This document shows, piece by piece, positions 1 to 14,288 of a stretch of 64,000 bases of DNA. The notes under the pieces were generated by a model. It was not told where the DNA came from. It saw nothing but the letters and a program-made list of their open reading frames with translations, and ran no database searches. Within the stretch, counting starts at the first letter, position 1. Each line of letters begins with the position of its first letter. Source of the stretch: the human T2T-CHM13v2.0 reference genome, Homo sapiens; NCBI RefSeq assembly GCF_009914755.1, contig NC_060929.1, one strand, 5' to 3'. The position numbers were made by a program, and so were the translations under genes.

Positions 1-1445
1 GGGGATGTGTATTTTTTTGGCTAGGGGACCTCCTGAGTTTCTTTAATCACACCAAATAAATGATTCTCTTCTCCAACTATGGATAAGGCTGGCTCTGATT
101 GGTATATGAGATCACACACATATATATTCTCTCTCATAAGTTTGTATAAGAGTAATTTCTGGAAGCATATAAAAGACAGACGACAATAGCTACATTTGGA
201 AAGGGGAACCAGAAATTGGGTAAGGCAGGAATATTTATCTTTTATATTATCTTCTAATCCTTGAGAGTTTTGCACCATGAATATGTACTTCTACTTTCAA
301 TTTCAAAAGTAGTCAATAGTAACAATAAAAATACATGAACTTGCTGAGAGAAATATGGTCATCTCACATGCCTGCTCCAAACTGGCTCATCAAACCAACC
401 CTACTCCCAAAGCTTGGTGCAGGTGTCAGCCAACATGGGACAGTGTCCTTCAGGTCACTCGATCTATACAATCCTACTACCCCCCAACTTCTCCCTTCTG
501 TACCAGCCCCTTCTGGCATCTGACCCTTCACTTGGCTCCCATTTCCAGCTCTCACTCTTTGTATTAATCAACTGATCTGGTTTCTCGAGACAAAGTGCTT
601 TGCCCCATGATGTGCCCTCAGGCTTTTTCTTAGGGTGGGACACCCCTGAGATCCCTAACCCATAGGGTCCCACTGCAGTCATTGTGAGGGCTCAGGATTC
701 CAGAACCCATTTTCTCTATCAGGCAATTTTGCCTTTGTGCTAGTTTCTGATTTCTTTGTATAATCAAACTTAAGCTCTTTTAGAGCTCAAAGTGCAAGAG
801 CAAATCTACTTGAGGTTTGAAATCCTGGCTCACACCAACAGAAGAAAATCTCATGATTCCATTAGAGCAAATATGGCTCAGAAAATTCGTGCTTTCTCTC
901 TGGCTCCGGCTCTTTTGTTTATGCACTGTTTCTTCCCATTCAACAGGCTGTCATTATGTGAGTGTCAATACACTGGGCAGAATCGTGGACATGATGTATC
1001 AGTGTTGAGGGCTACCAGAATTAGAACATAAAGACCACTTAACTCAGAACCAAATCAGGGAGCCCACAGATTAGTCACCAGAGAGATGCCAAGACAATGT
1101 TAGTCTACTCAGTGCACTCAACAGTATTACACATCTGAATGGGTGTTAGGCTCCCCCAGGGGCGCAGGGTGGGATTTATTCACTGCTTCTGTTGCAAGGG
1201 TGGGTGGTCACTACCCCAGCTCCTCTCAGGTGATGTGTGGTGTGTGACTTGCCTTCAGACATCCTTCGCCCTCCGTTCCTCCTCTGACTCCCCCGCCAGC
1301 CATCAGTTCCTAGTGCTGTGTCTGCCTTTCATCACGTCTTGGTATCCCTCTTCCAATGCCAATGCACAGAGTGGGATGTGCACACTTCACTGAGAAGCTC
1401 CTTTCTTCCCACTATGTCTCTGCCTCATCCAGACAGTCAAGGTTG

Positions 1446-1544
1446 CAGAGATTGCTTTACATCTTAATGATACTGGGAAATACATAGGATGTACAGAGAT
1501 TGCTTTACATCTTAATGACACCGGGAAATACATAGGATGTACAG
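1446..1544. repeat. 48-bp tandem duplication (2 copies + 3 nt)
   Basis: cagagattgctttacatcttaatgaYacYgggaaatacataggatgta at 1446-1493 and 1494-1541, 2 mismatches. Confidence 0.95.
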
Positions 1545-3949
1545 GACAACAATTTCATTAAAAGTCCATTATGGCTTGGCTGTGTGGTTGAGCCATGCAA
1601 GTTAATGACCAGGTGTTGTCAAATACTCAAAAGCCCTTGGCTTACCTCCTTGAATAATAAACTGACTTGGGTCCTTGGGGATGTGTGTTGAAGTACACCT
1701 AGGATGGCGGCTTTTGAGATTTTTAATCATTCACATACTACCTTGTTATTCTTTCTATGTATTATCTGTATGATTTAATATATTTCTGTGAATTAATTCC
1801 TGTTTCATTTTTACTTAAATGTCTGCTATATCTTTGTCCTAAGCAAAAGTATCTGTAGGGTCATGCATTTGAAAAGCTGTGTATCTAACATACATCACCA
1901 AAAAAATCCATGAAAATACTATGCTGGCTACACCTTGGGGCACGTAGAAGGAAAATAATGACTCAGAAGTCAATAGACTCCATTGTGTCTTTATATTTCC
2001 CACCATTGCTAGTAAAGAATCGTACACACAGTACATGCTCAATATCAATTTGGTGATTATTGATTAGATCTCAGGTGACAATTACTTGTCAGGATTGTGA
2101 TGAAAGAAAAAAAAGATAGTTCAGGATCTAATCTAAGCAAATTATTTCCTTGATTTCTAGGCCTTGAGACTTGGAAGCTACTGAAAAAAACACCTCAGTT
2201 TTTGGTTCAAGTAGAAGGGTCTAAGAAAACTGACAAGCTATGCTGTAACTTACTCTTAGTAAAACAACAAAGCACTCAGGAAAGCTTAGCTTGCAAAACA
2301 TAATGCAGAATTTTTGCTTTAGGAAGAATGTCTCCAGATCCAGTCCTTTCATGCAGTGTTGGTATATGCAGAGCCATTACATGAATGCAGGTTAGCACTT
2401 CAGCCATTGTCACCCAGAGAGAAGCACCAGGAGCCATGGTGAAATCTCCCCAGCCCACCGTTGACCAAAGTTGGTTGTTAACCAAAATGGCTGAGACATG
2501 GGAGTTCACTCAACAAGGAGACAGATGGCCAAAACCGAATGGGAAGGTCTGCTTCTCACCGGAGAAACTAGACGCTACATGGAAAATTCCATGCCACAGT
2601 TCAAAGGGGCACTGTGACCTAATAAATTTAGCTGCATGGGTTATTAAAGGCAACTGTAAATTCAGTCCGGATTTTTTTTTCCTGTGCTTTTCCCACAGCT
2701 GAAACACATGTTAAACCAGAGAGAATTCCCAGGGAAGCTCAGTGCCTGTTTTGATAGCATCTGACATACCATGTGCCGGGATGAGAAATACCTCTGTAAA
2801 TGACTTGTTGCCAAAACCAAGATCCCAGGAACACCAGCCTAGCATCTCTGCAGAAAGCCTTGGAGTGGGGATGCTATGACCTCTAGGTAAAGAATGAGTG
2901 ACTGAATCTGCAGTCTGCAGCCAGCCAGAGTTGGGGACCTTTCCTTTTGCTGGCTGGTTCTAACACCTAATCTCACCAAGGAACCTCTGTTAGAAAGTGA
3001 ATAATTCATGTGCTCTTCCTCTATGGCGTTTAGCAGCGTAGGTGTCCTGCCAAGTCAAACAAAAGTGATAGAGACGTGCAGTTAGGGATTAGTGCAAATC
3101 AGGACTCCTACCTGATGGGATTTAGCTCTGTTCAGGCCTCTATACTGCAACCTGGGTGATCTGAGGGTCAGAAAACCAAGTGCAAAGGCAGGGCTCAGGC
3201 TTCAGTAAGCATCACACTGGAGTCATATACATAGCCTGTCTTTTATTTCTCCTTGAGCTTTTTAGGAGAGACCTTTGGAGATAAAAAAGATTTTGAAATT
3301 CCAAAAATGATGTACAAAATGGGTCCTTGTCAAATAAATCAACCAAGAAAAACAAAACCAGCAAAGAGATTGCTTTTTTTTTCCAAGGGCTGACTCAGAG
3401 ATCTGTTTCTGTAGAAATGCCTGTGAATCTGTCTTCCGGACCATCTGCAGGAATATCATGGAGGGAAAGGAGGAGGCTGCAGGCAATGGGGAGGGCTGAT
3501 AAATGGGTCCTTCACCTTTGTTTCTGCCTCTAGAGGCTGTGTACAAGGTACACAAAAGAAACAGGCTTTTGACATTGTAATCATATCTCGTCTTTTACTA
3601 AGTAGTCTTAAGAAGATATATCGGATTAGGAAATGGCAAGATCATTAGCTTTGAAGCTAAAGAGAGCTGCTTTCAAATCTTGCCTCCACTTCTCACAGCA
3701 ATGAGACTTTGGTCTCATTTAAGCTCACTGGGTCCTTTTTTTAACTGGTAGAATGGGATGATAATATGCACTCCATAGAGTAACGGTAAGAATTAAAACA
3801 AGAAATACATATTTGTCAGGCATACAATAGGATATCACTACAGAAATTAGATGGCATATAGAAAATTACTATGATAGGAGATCACCCAGCTTACCAACAT
3901 ACTGTATTTATTCCACCTGGTTCCAAATGGTTTGTCCATTTAAAATTTT

Positions 3950-4251
3950 TTATTATTTATTTATTTATTTTTTTTTTGAGACTAGGTCTTGCTCAGTCTG
4001 GAGTGCAGTGGCAAAATCACGGTTCACTGCAGCCTCGACCTCCTGGAGTCAAGTGATCCTCCCACCTCAACTTTCCAAGTAGCTGAGACTACAAGCGTGC
4101 ACTACCACACGTGGCTAACCTTTTGTATTTTTGTAGAGATGGGGTCTCACCATGTGGTCCATACTGGTTTTGAACTCCTGAGCTCAAGTGATCTTCCCAC
4201 TTCAGCCTCCCAAAGTGTTGGGATTACAGACATGAGCCACTGCACTCAGCC
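3950..4251 (-). mobile_element. Alu (AluJ-like)
   Basis: T-rich tail then reverse Alu (cactgcagcctcgacctcctgg, gaactcctgagctcaagtgatc). Confidence 0.9.
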
Positions 4252-4264
4252 AGGCCCATTTTAA

Positions 4265-4574
<310 letters not shown>

Positions 4575-5039
4575 TAAATTAAATACACACTTTAAAATAT
4601 GTAACACTTAAAATCTATATATTTTATGTAAATTACATCATAAGAGAAAAGTACTTCCTACTAATAAGGATACTCAAAATAATTGGCTGCTGGGAATTCA
4701 GCAAATATTTCCTAAGCACCCACTATGTGACAAGTCTTGTATGACAACCAGGGAGAGGCCAAGGCTCTACAAGAAGTGTTTTACAGACAGGTCCATCACT
4801 GGGACAGGGGTGTGGCCCCACAAGGTAACTACTGGAAGTTTTTCTAGATTTTTACCACTCCCACTGCAAGTGGGTGGGAAAAGAGCAGGCTGAAGAATAA
4901 CCCAGCAAAATCTCTCTAACTGGAGATGTAAGGACAATGGCAGGGGCAACACAGAGCTCCCAGGTCTGGCTGCCCCTCTCTCAGTGCTCTGACTGGGATT
5001 CCAAAGCAGGACGCTGCTCACTCTCACAGCAAACATCAC

Positions 5040-5690
5040 CAAGTGTGGGTTCCGGCCAGGCACGATGCTAGGTACCAGTGATACTGTGCTTTGGCCACAC
5101 AAATATGTGGTTTCCCTCTTAGAGGCCTTATAGTCTAAGGAGAGAGAGAGATGCCAAGCCAACACCACTAACAAAGGCCCCATAAGACTGTATGAGACTG
5201 GAGTGGGGCCACGCCCGAGGGGCAGGGAAGGCTTCCCGGAGGAAGTGACTGTTTTGAGCTGAAAAATGAATGGCAGTTGCCACAAAAGAGAAGACAGGGG
5301 GTGGGCGGCAGGGGGTGATTTCCCAATAGAGGGAAAAGCAGAGGTGACACTAGAGAGGGAGGCCCGGGCCAGGGGCCAGGTGCTACTGAGCCCTGAGCAC
5401 CATGGCAGGGAACCAAAGTTTGGTTTCTAAGAGCCAAGGGAAGCTGAGGAAGGGTGCTAAGCATAGTCTGTGTTTGGGAAGCTCACTCTGGCTGCTCTAG
5501 TGTGGAGTACATTGTCTGTGGGGCCAGAGTGGAAGCAGACAGGGAAGAGAGGAGGTCTGCAGTCCTTTGAGCAAGAGAAGATAATGGCGCGGATGAGATC
5601 AGCACAGTGGATAAGCAGGCAAGGGGAGAGGGAAAGGCCAACCGTAGAAGGCAGCTCCCCCATCTCTGCCCTCCATACCCCACTTTAGTC
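5040..5690 (-). mobile_element. L2 LINE fragment
   Basis: Degenerate reverse L2 motifs (caggcacgatgctaggtacc, gaaggcttcccggaggaagtgac, gctcactctggctgct). Confidence 0.55.
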
Positions 5691-6983
5691 TCTGCCAGCC
5701 CCTGGGTGTAACGATACAGATGTGGAATCCCCATCCTTATGCCCACTAACCACTTACAGCTGGGCAGCAGGCACTCTGGAGACACAGAGCCGGAGAGAAA
5801 CCAGAGCTCTCAGGAAACTGGGGAGAGGAGTAGGGGGGCAAAGCTGAATGGCTGGGCTTCTGGGTCAGAGAGTCTCCTGCTGAGGCACACCTTTGGGAGA
5901 CCTTCGACTCCTCTGCAGCCCCTTTTCTTCCCCTGACCCTTCCCACTTCCAGGATTGAACAAAAAGTGGCCTGATCCCCACTACCCCCCTACTCAGTCCA
6001 GTCACAAAACAAGAGTCCCTGAAGGCCTAGAACACACTAAGAGGGGCCTGAGCTTTGGTCCCAGGTAGCAGTCTCTGATCTTCGGGACTAAAAACAAATT
6101 GGGTGCCTTCGCCGACATTGTTTCCTCATCTGTCAAATGCTGATAATAGTCCCCACCTTGCAGGCTAGCTCAGAGAATGAAATCAGACAGTAGACACAAA
6201 GCACCAAGCACAGTGTGAGACACAGTAGGTGTTTAATAAATGTAAGCATTATTCATGCATTCTAGGGGTGAGGTTAAGGCCAGAATCAAAACCCCTACCC
6301 CATATTATCCTCAGTCCCTTCTCTTACTCTGTCTCTATCTATAGAGGTGGTAACAATGGGTCTCAGGAGGCTCAAAGACTCAGGTAAGATTCACTTTCAG
6401 TTTTTTGCTAGAATCGTGGCCTAGATTCACTTCTACGTTTTACAATGTGGGACACTGGAGGCGGGTATTTTAACATCTGCACCAAAGGGGATGCCTCAAT
6501 GAGATATATACTAAGGCTAGACTGACAGTGACTTTGTCTGCATACTTCACACCCCTCGGCCCTGCCTCCCTCAGTCCTATCACTAAAGCCCCCACACTGT
6601 GTTTGTGTCTGGGGAACCCATTAACATGGAAAAGGGCGGGTTCCAGGCAACCACAGGTCTACAAGATAATGGATAAGTGGGAGGGGTGGAAGCCACAGAG
6701 GAGACAGGGCCACCCCTAGTGGGCACTGGCATATATAGGAATGGGAGGCACAGACTTAAGCATGAGGTAGGGAATAGCTGAACAGTCTGTCTTCTAATTT
6801 ACACTTGCTTACATTCTTGGACAAGATTTATATACTAAATTACGCCACTTAAATCTGATAATCAGGATGATGATATAGTTAATGGTTAATGCATATTATG
6901 GGGACTTACTTTGTGTCAGGCACTTTGCTAGACACCTTACATGCGTTATCTTAATTAGTCCTCTCAACAACTCAGCGTAGGTA

Positions 6984-7362
<379 letters not shown>

Positions 7363-8646
7363 TACTTCTATTACCCCCTTTCGCAGATGAGGAGATGAAG
7401 GCACTTGCCTAAATCTGCACAGCTGGCAGAGGAGGAGCTGAGATTCAGGCAGGGGGAGCCTGAGGTCTTAGCCTGTGCTCCTCATCTTCAAGATGATGTC
7501 TAAAATATCAGCATTTTGGCAATACAGGTGGGGGCACTCTGCAATCTTCCAACTTTATCTTATTTGATCCTAGAGAAACATGTCTAAGTAAGTGCCCAGG
7601 TTCCCAACGGAAGGCCTGATGGCATGTTTTTTCTAGAAATGACTATGATGGCCCTACTGAATCAATTATAAATGGTACATTTGTGCACTGTACAGTATAC
7701 AGTTCTCTGGTGTGTACATATATCACATAAATAAAACAGTACAAGAACCAATCACATATATTTAATTGCATTTTATTTACTTAGGAGCTCCTGGGAGAAA
7801 AACCTAGCAGTGCTGAAGAGCGACTGTGGGACTTTGAGGAAACTGCTGGAAGAATATTGGGGAGAGAACCTGAGGTCAAGGGCCAAAAAGGCCTCCCCAG
7901 GGGAGGAGCTGCCATTTAAGAGAGATTTTCTAAAGTCACCAAAGCAGGAGAACATACTCTGAAAACACAAAAGCTGCCAGAAAATGAAATTACTGGGTGA
8001 CAAGGAGTGACGACTGCCCGGAGAAATTCTCTAAGTAATGACACGGGTGCCGTCATCAGGGGCCTCAAACTGTTGGAAGCAATGCAACACCAGAGCCTTC
8101 CTGGACTTGCTTTAATACATTTAACATGTCAATCCCCCTACAGCACTCACATCTTGGAGACAAAGTGTTTAACAACATATACTTCATGTATGCTTGTTTG
8201 GTGCTTTTTGGTCTCTGCGCCTCTAAAACGAAATAGAACATTCAGAATACAAATTTCTTTAAAACATGAGAATTAAAGCATACTGGAATGTCTTCCTTCA
8301 TTTTCCTGCTCTGAAAGCTCCTAGGAATCTTCCTAGTTAGAACCTTAATTATGGAAATTCTCATTTATATTATGTGATTTATTTAAAGCCTTGTCTTTCC
8401 AAGAGAATAAAATCCTGGTTTTGAAGCACCTCTCAAAATAATTTATTCTTCTCCACTGACTAACTGCTTTGGCCAGAAATCATGAATTTATAGTACATTA
8501 TGCCAAAGCAAAACACTCTAATAACTTAATCAAACATTTAAAATCCAGCGCACAGCCATGTAATATACAGAAGCAGTTCTCTCAGCTCTCTCGTTAAAGG
8601 TCAATCACCATTTTTATTCCAAACCTCCACATCTTGGAGAAGCCGT

Positions 8647-8700
8647 GCGCACACACACAGATTGAGAGAGAGACAGAGACAGAGAGAGAGAGAGGGAGAC
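8647..8700. repeat. (CA)n/(GA)n compound microsatellite
   Basis: gcgcacacacacagattgagagagagacagagacagagagagagagagggagac. Confidence 0.85.
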
Positions 8701-9223
8701 ATAAGCATTTTGAGATTCAAAACTTGGCTGACATATACCCAGGCTCACAACAATTCTCCTTGTTATGCTTTGAAATGCAGAAGTCGATCCTTCAGCTATT
8801 TTTTTTTTCCAAATTCTACCAAAAAAATGGAATCTAAAGAATAAAACAAAACTAAAATCTAGTTTTTTTGATCTTCAAGACATTGAGGGGAAAGAGCGAG
8901 GCCCAACTCTCAACAGATTAATGTGGGCTTACCCACTAAGGATAGTAATATAGAAATAAGAACGATAACTCGCATTGTTTTGTCTGTATGTCTTTTTAGA
9001 GTACTTTAACACATACATACTTTCTGACAACACCCTCATTCCTATCAGACATAAAAGACTATTAAGTTCATTTTTCAGATGAGAAGAAGCATGCTTCAGC
9101 AGCTTCTGATGGGAGAACAGGGAAAGAATGCCAGTTTGGTATGTATTTGGCATGGGATGTTTGACCTAAGAGATGGACTAAAGCCAATGAGTAAAAATGT
9201 AAAGCGTACTTAGTCAAATAAAT

Positions 9224-9225
<2 letters not shown>

Positions 9226-9254
<29 letters not shown>
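9226..9254. repeat. (TC)n microsatellite
   Basis: About 14 uninterrupted TC units. Confidence 0.95.
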
Positions 9255-10595
9255 CTTATTCATCACTCTTGGGCCGTGATGATGATGATGAGGGAGAGGA
9301 GCAGTGCTGAAATCACTGAGTGATGGCTGTGCCGATCTCAAAATGAAGCACTTCATATAGGTAATCTCATAAGAGCCTCATAAAGTGGGTTAATGGAGGC
9401 ATGGCGTACATGCATTTAACTTGTAAGTGAACCTGAGCATAGGCACCCAGCAAAAATTAAGGGGGAAGGAGTAAGAGAAGGTGAGAAATTCGAGGTGCCG
9501 AAGATCCTACAGCCATTCTTCTCAATGAACCTGTGCCCGCAAATGACCCTGAGACGAGGGATGTGAATCTGCTCTTCCTTCGGTCTCACAGTCCTCATCT
9601 GCTGCTCACTGTATAAGCATTTCATGGAGTGTAATTTCAGTAATCAATGGTACTTCTCAGTATACATGGCCCTACATGTCTTGTTTCTAGGAGCTATACC
9701 TGTCAATCATTTTGAATATATTCTATTTTTATCCTCCATGCTAACTCTACAAACAGGTCTCTCTTTAAAAGGTAACTCCACTGAACAATGATTAACCCCA
9801 TTTAACAGATGTTACTCGCAGCTGCTAAGAAAGTTGCCTGCAATCTCATGACTGGTAAGTGAAATGAGAAGATTTATCCAGATTCAAATCCAGGTTTATC
9901 CTAACTCTAAAGTTCATGCTCTGAATCTCTGCATACTTAGGCTAGAACCCACTAAACCTCTAAGGAACATAACGCACATAACAGAAGCCGATTCCTCTCT
10001 ACTAGGAGCAAAATAACTCTTGCAGTAATTTAAAAGAATATATTTGCCACACATATGCATTTAAATATGTAATCTAATTATTTGTTTCACATCTAATGAA
10101 AGAGTAAATGGAACTCTGGGTTAGAGCTAAAAACGTCATGGTTTTTCTGTTCTTTGGAAAAACGGAGCTAACACACCAAGGCAACTTAAACTTTAAACGT
10201 TGCACTCCGCATTAAAATTTCATGAAAGTCAAATTCCTTTCTAGCCTATTTCCTCTTCTGTAAGAGGAGGAAATTGGATAATGCAATATCTCAATCTCCT
10301 TCTGACTCCTGAAGGTTGTTTTCTTTTCCTGGTACCTGGATTCAGAACAGTCCTGGATTCAAATCTCAGAATGGTAAATTTCTTTAACTATCTGACTTTC
10401 AGATTTTTTCCTCTGCCAAAATAAAACTTTTTTTTTTAAATATGCATCTTAAAAAGTTTTCAGTCACGAAAATGGTCAAACTTACAGAAAAGGATAAATA
10501 TATTTTGAGTATCCCTATATCCACCACTTAGATTCAACAATTATGTTCATTTTGCTACATTTGTTTTATTTTATTTACTGAACCATTTTAAAGTG

Positions 10596-10729
10596 CAGCA
10601 GATCCTTGAATAATGGCATTTCCTTCAATGTCCCTTCATTGTAACATTGATTAGGAAAAAAATCACTTCCCAGCTGAGACCACTGTCTCTGTGGAGTTTG
10701 CAATGTCCCATATCTGTATGGGTTTTCTC
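10596..10729 (+). mobile_element. MER6-like Tigger-family DNA transposon, 5' fragment
   Basis: cagcagatccttgaataatggcatttccttcaatgtc...ccactgtctctgtggagtttgca...tgggttttctc resembles the MER6 5' end as I recall it. Confidence 0.6.
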
Positions 10730-11762
10730 ACAGCTTCAAGTCAGAGCCATGCATGAAATTTGGTTGTTATATCTGTCTCTTGAGTCTCTTTTTAAAATAA
10801 ATTTTTTGAAGTATAACACGTACAGAAAAATGTACAAATCAAATTTGTACAGCCTGAAGCATGTTCACCAACTGAACAGATCCATGAAACCTCTACCCAG
10901 ATCAAGAAACAGCTGATGACACGCCCCAGAAATCCCTTAGTGCCCCTCTCCATTTGCAACTCCGCATTGCTTAACACCACCTCGGCTTTTAACACCATAG
11001 ATTAGTTTTGCCTGCTTTTGAAGTTTACACAAATGGAATCAGGTAATATATATTCTTTTATGTCCGGTTTTTGTCCCCGATTATGCTTCTGAGATTTACC
11101 ATGTGGTTACAGACAGCAGTTTTTTTTGCACATTGTTTTCTTTTTCTACCAGTCAATTCCATTACATGAATACACCACAGTCTATTGATTTATTCTAATG
11201 TCAACGAGTATTTGGCTTATTTCCAGTCTGGGGCTACTACAAATAGTGCTGATATGAACATTCCTGTGTATGTCTTTTTGTAGGGTATGTACCCAAGAGT
11301 GGAAGGTACATGTACATTCAGCTCTGATTGGTACTGCCCATATTCGAGAGTAACTGTATCAATAACTCCCGTAACAGTATATGGTAAATGCAGTTGTTTC
11401 ACCTCATCACCAACACTTGATATTGTAAGTTTTAGCCATTCCAATTAGTGTGTGGTATGTGTCACTGTGGTTTTATTCTATATTTCCCTAAAGACTAATG
11501 ACACACTAAGCAACTTTTCATACGATCATTGGCCACTTCTCTATCTTCTTTTGCGAAGTGTCCAAAACTCTCACCCATTTTTCTACTGAGTCATTTGTCT
11601 TTTTCTTATTGATTTGTAGGAGTTCTTCTCAATTCTAAAATAAGTCCTTTGTCAGTTATATGCACTGCCAATATCTTCACCCACTCTGGGACATGTTCTT
11701 TCAATAATGTATTTTGGCGAATTATTTATTTTAATGTAGTCCAAATCATCTTTTCTCTTTAG

Positions 11763-12131
<369 letters not shown>

Positions 12132-12386
12132 TAGAAGTGTCTTTATCTTTCTAAAATCCACTTGTAATTGATTTATGAATGGCATTAGTAGGGATCAACA
12201 GAACAAGTTTTCCATATGGTTACCCAATTACTCTAGCACAATTTTTTAGACAGACCATCCATTCCAGGTGGCCTCACAGAGCCACCTTTGTTAAAAATCA
12301 AGTATCCTTCTATATCTGGGTCTTCTAGACTGTCTTTGCTTTTCTTGGTCATTTGCATTCCTATATAAATTTTAGCATCATCTTAA

Positions 12387-12910
<524 letters not shown>

Positions 12911-13057
12911 GGCATTGGTATTTTTTGGTGCTATTGTAAACATAGTTTTTTTTAATTTCCCAATTGTTTGTTGTTGGTATATAGAAATTGTCTTTTTTTT
13001 GGTGTATTGACCTTGTGTCCAGTGACCTTAGAAATCTACTTAAGAATTCTGATAGTT

Positions 13058-13230
13058 AGGAAGAATAGCTAACGTGTGCTGGGCTTAATACTTAGGTGAT
13101 GGGTTGATACATGCAGCCTTTGTGCACCTAACAACACAATTTACAATCTAATGTGCCACCATGGCACACGTTTACCTATGTAACAAACCTGCACATACCG
13201 CACACGTACCCCGGAACTTAAAATTTAAAA
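13058..13230 (+). mobile_element. 5'-truncated L1PA 3' end with perfect 16-bp TSD
   Basis: gctgggcttaatacttaggtgatggg...tttacctatgtaacaaacctgcacat...aacttaaaa, flanked by aagaattctgatagtt at 13042-13057 and 13231-13246. Confidence 0.92.
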
Positions 13231-13991
13231 AAGAATTCTGATAGTTTATGTGTAGATTATTTTATATTTTTCATGTAATCCATCATTTAAATAATGGCAC
13301 TTAAATTTGTTTTATTCCAATCTTTATATCCATTCTTTTTCCTTGGTTCTGTGGTTTTTTGGCTCCTCTCTCTCCTTCCCTCCCTTTTCTCTCCCTTCCT
13401 TCCTTTCCTATTTTTCGAATCATTGCCAGAACCAGAATTTCCAATACAGTGTTTAATAGAAGCTATGACGGCAGGAGTCTAGTTCTGTTAGGAGAAACGT
13501 TTTCAATATTTCACCATCAACTTCGATGTTTGCTGTAGGTTTTTTAGGTAAAGAATTTCCCTTTTATTCTTAATATGTAAAATGCTTTTAAATCACAAAT
13601 TAGTATTGAATTTTATTAAATACTTTCTTCAGTATCTGAGAAGAGGAAATGACTTTTCTTATTTCTTCTGTTAATGTGATTAATTACATCTTTATTTTTG
13701 AAACAATAAAAGTATATTTGTTGTTCATGTCACAGCCAAATTCAGGTCAGCAGGGGCCCTGGATCCTTCTACTTTGTAGCTCTACATCCTCCTTAGAGTG
13801 CTGTCAATTTAGCCAACATAGGGAAAGAGTACAAGTATGGAGGGTCATGAAGGGCATGTCACTTCTACTCTCATTCCACAGAATTCCAGACGCAGTCACA
13901 TTTCCGCACCAACTTCTAGGATTTTTGGAAGTGTTGACTGTGTCTGTCCTATACCAATGTCTCTCCAGTCTTTCGGTTGTATGAAGCTTGT

Positions 13992-14288
13992 TGTTTTTGT
14001 TTTTTCTGAGATGCAGTCTCACTCTGTCCCAGGCTGGAGTGCAGTGGCACAATCTTGGCTCACCGCAACCTCCACCTCCTGGGTTCAAGTGATTCTCCAG
14101 CCTCAGCCTGAGTAGCTGGGACTACAGGCGTGTGCCATCACACCTGGCTAATTTTTTTTTTATTTTTGGTAGAGACGAGGTTTCATCGAGGTTGGCCAGG
14201 CTGGTCTGGAACTCTTGACCTGAAGTGATCTGCCTACCTCAGCCTCCCAAAGTGCTGGGATTACATGGGTGAGTCACCGCATCCAGCC
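13992..14288 (-). mobile_element. AluSx-like
   Basis: Reverse Alu; TSD tgaagcttgtt. Confidence 0.92.

Noticed and set aside
8148-8640. 13-mer cacatcttggaga repeated 480 bp apart
   Set aside because: Roughly one such match is expected by chance in 64 kb and the flanks do not align.
9275-9350. tgatga...ctga resembling a C/D-box snoRNA
   Set aside because: TGATGA comes from a (GAT)n run, there is no terminal stem, and it is antisense to the host gene.
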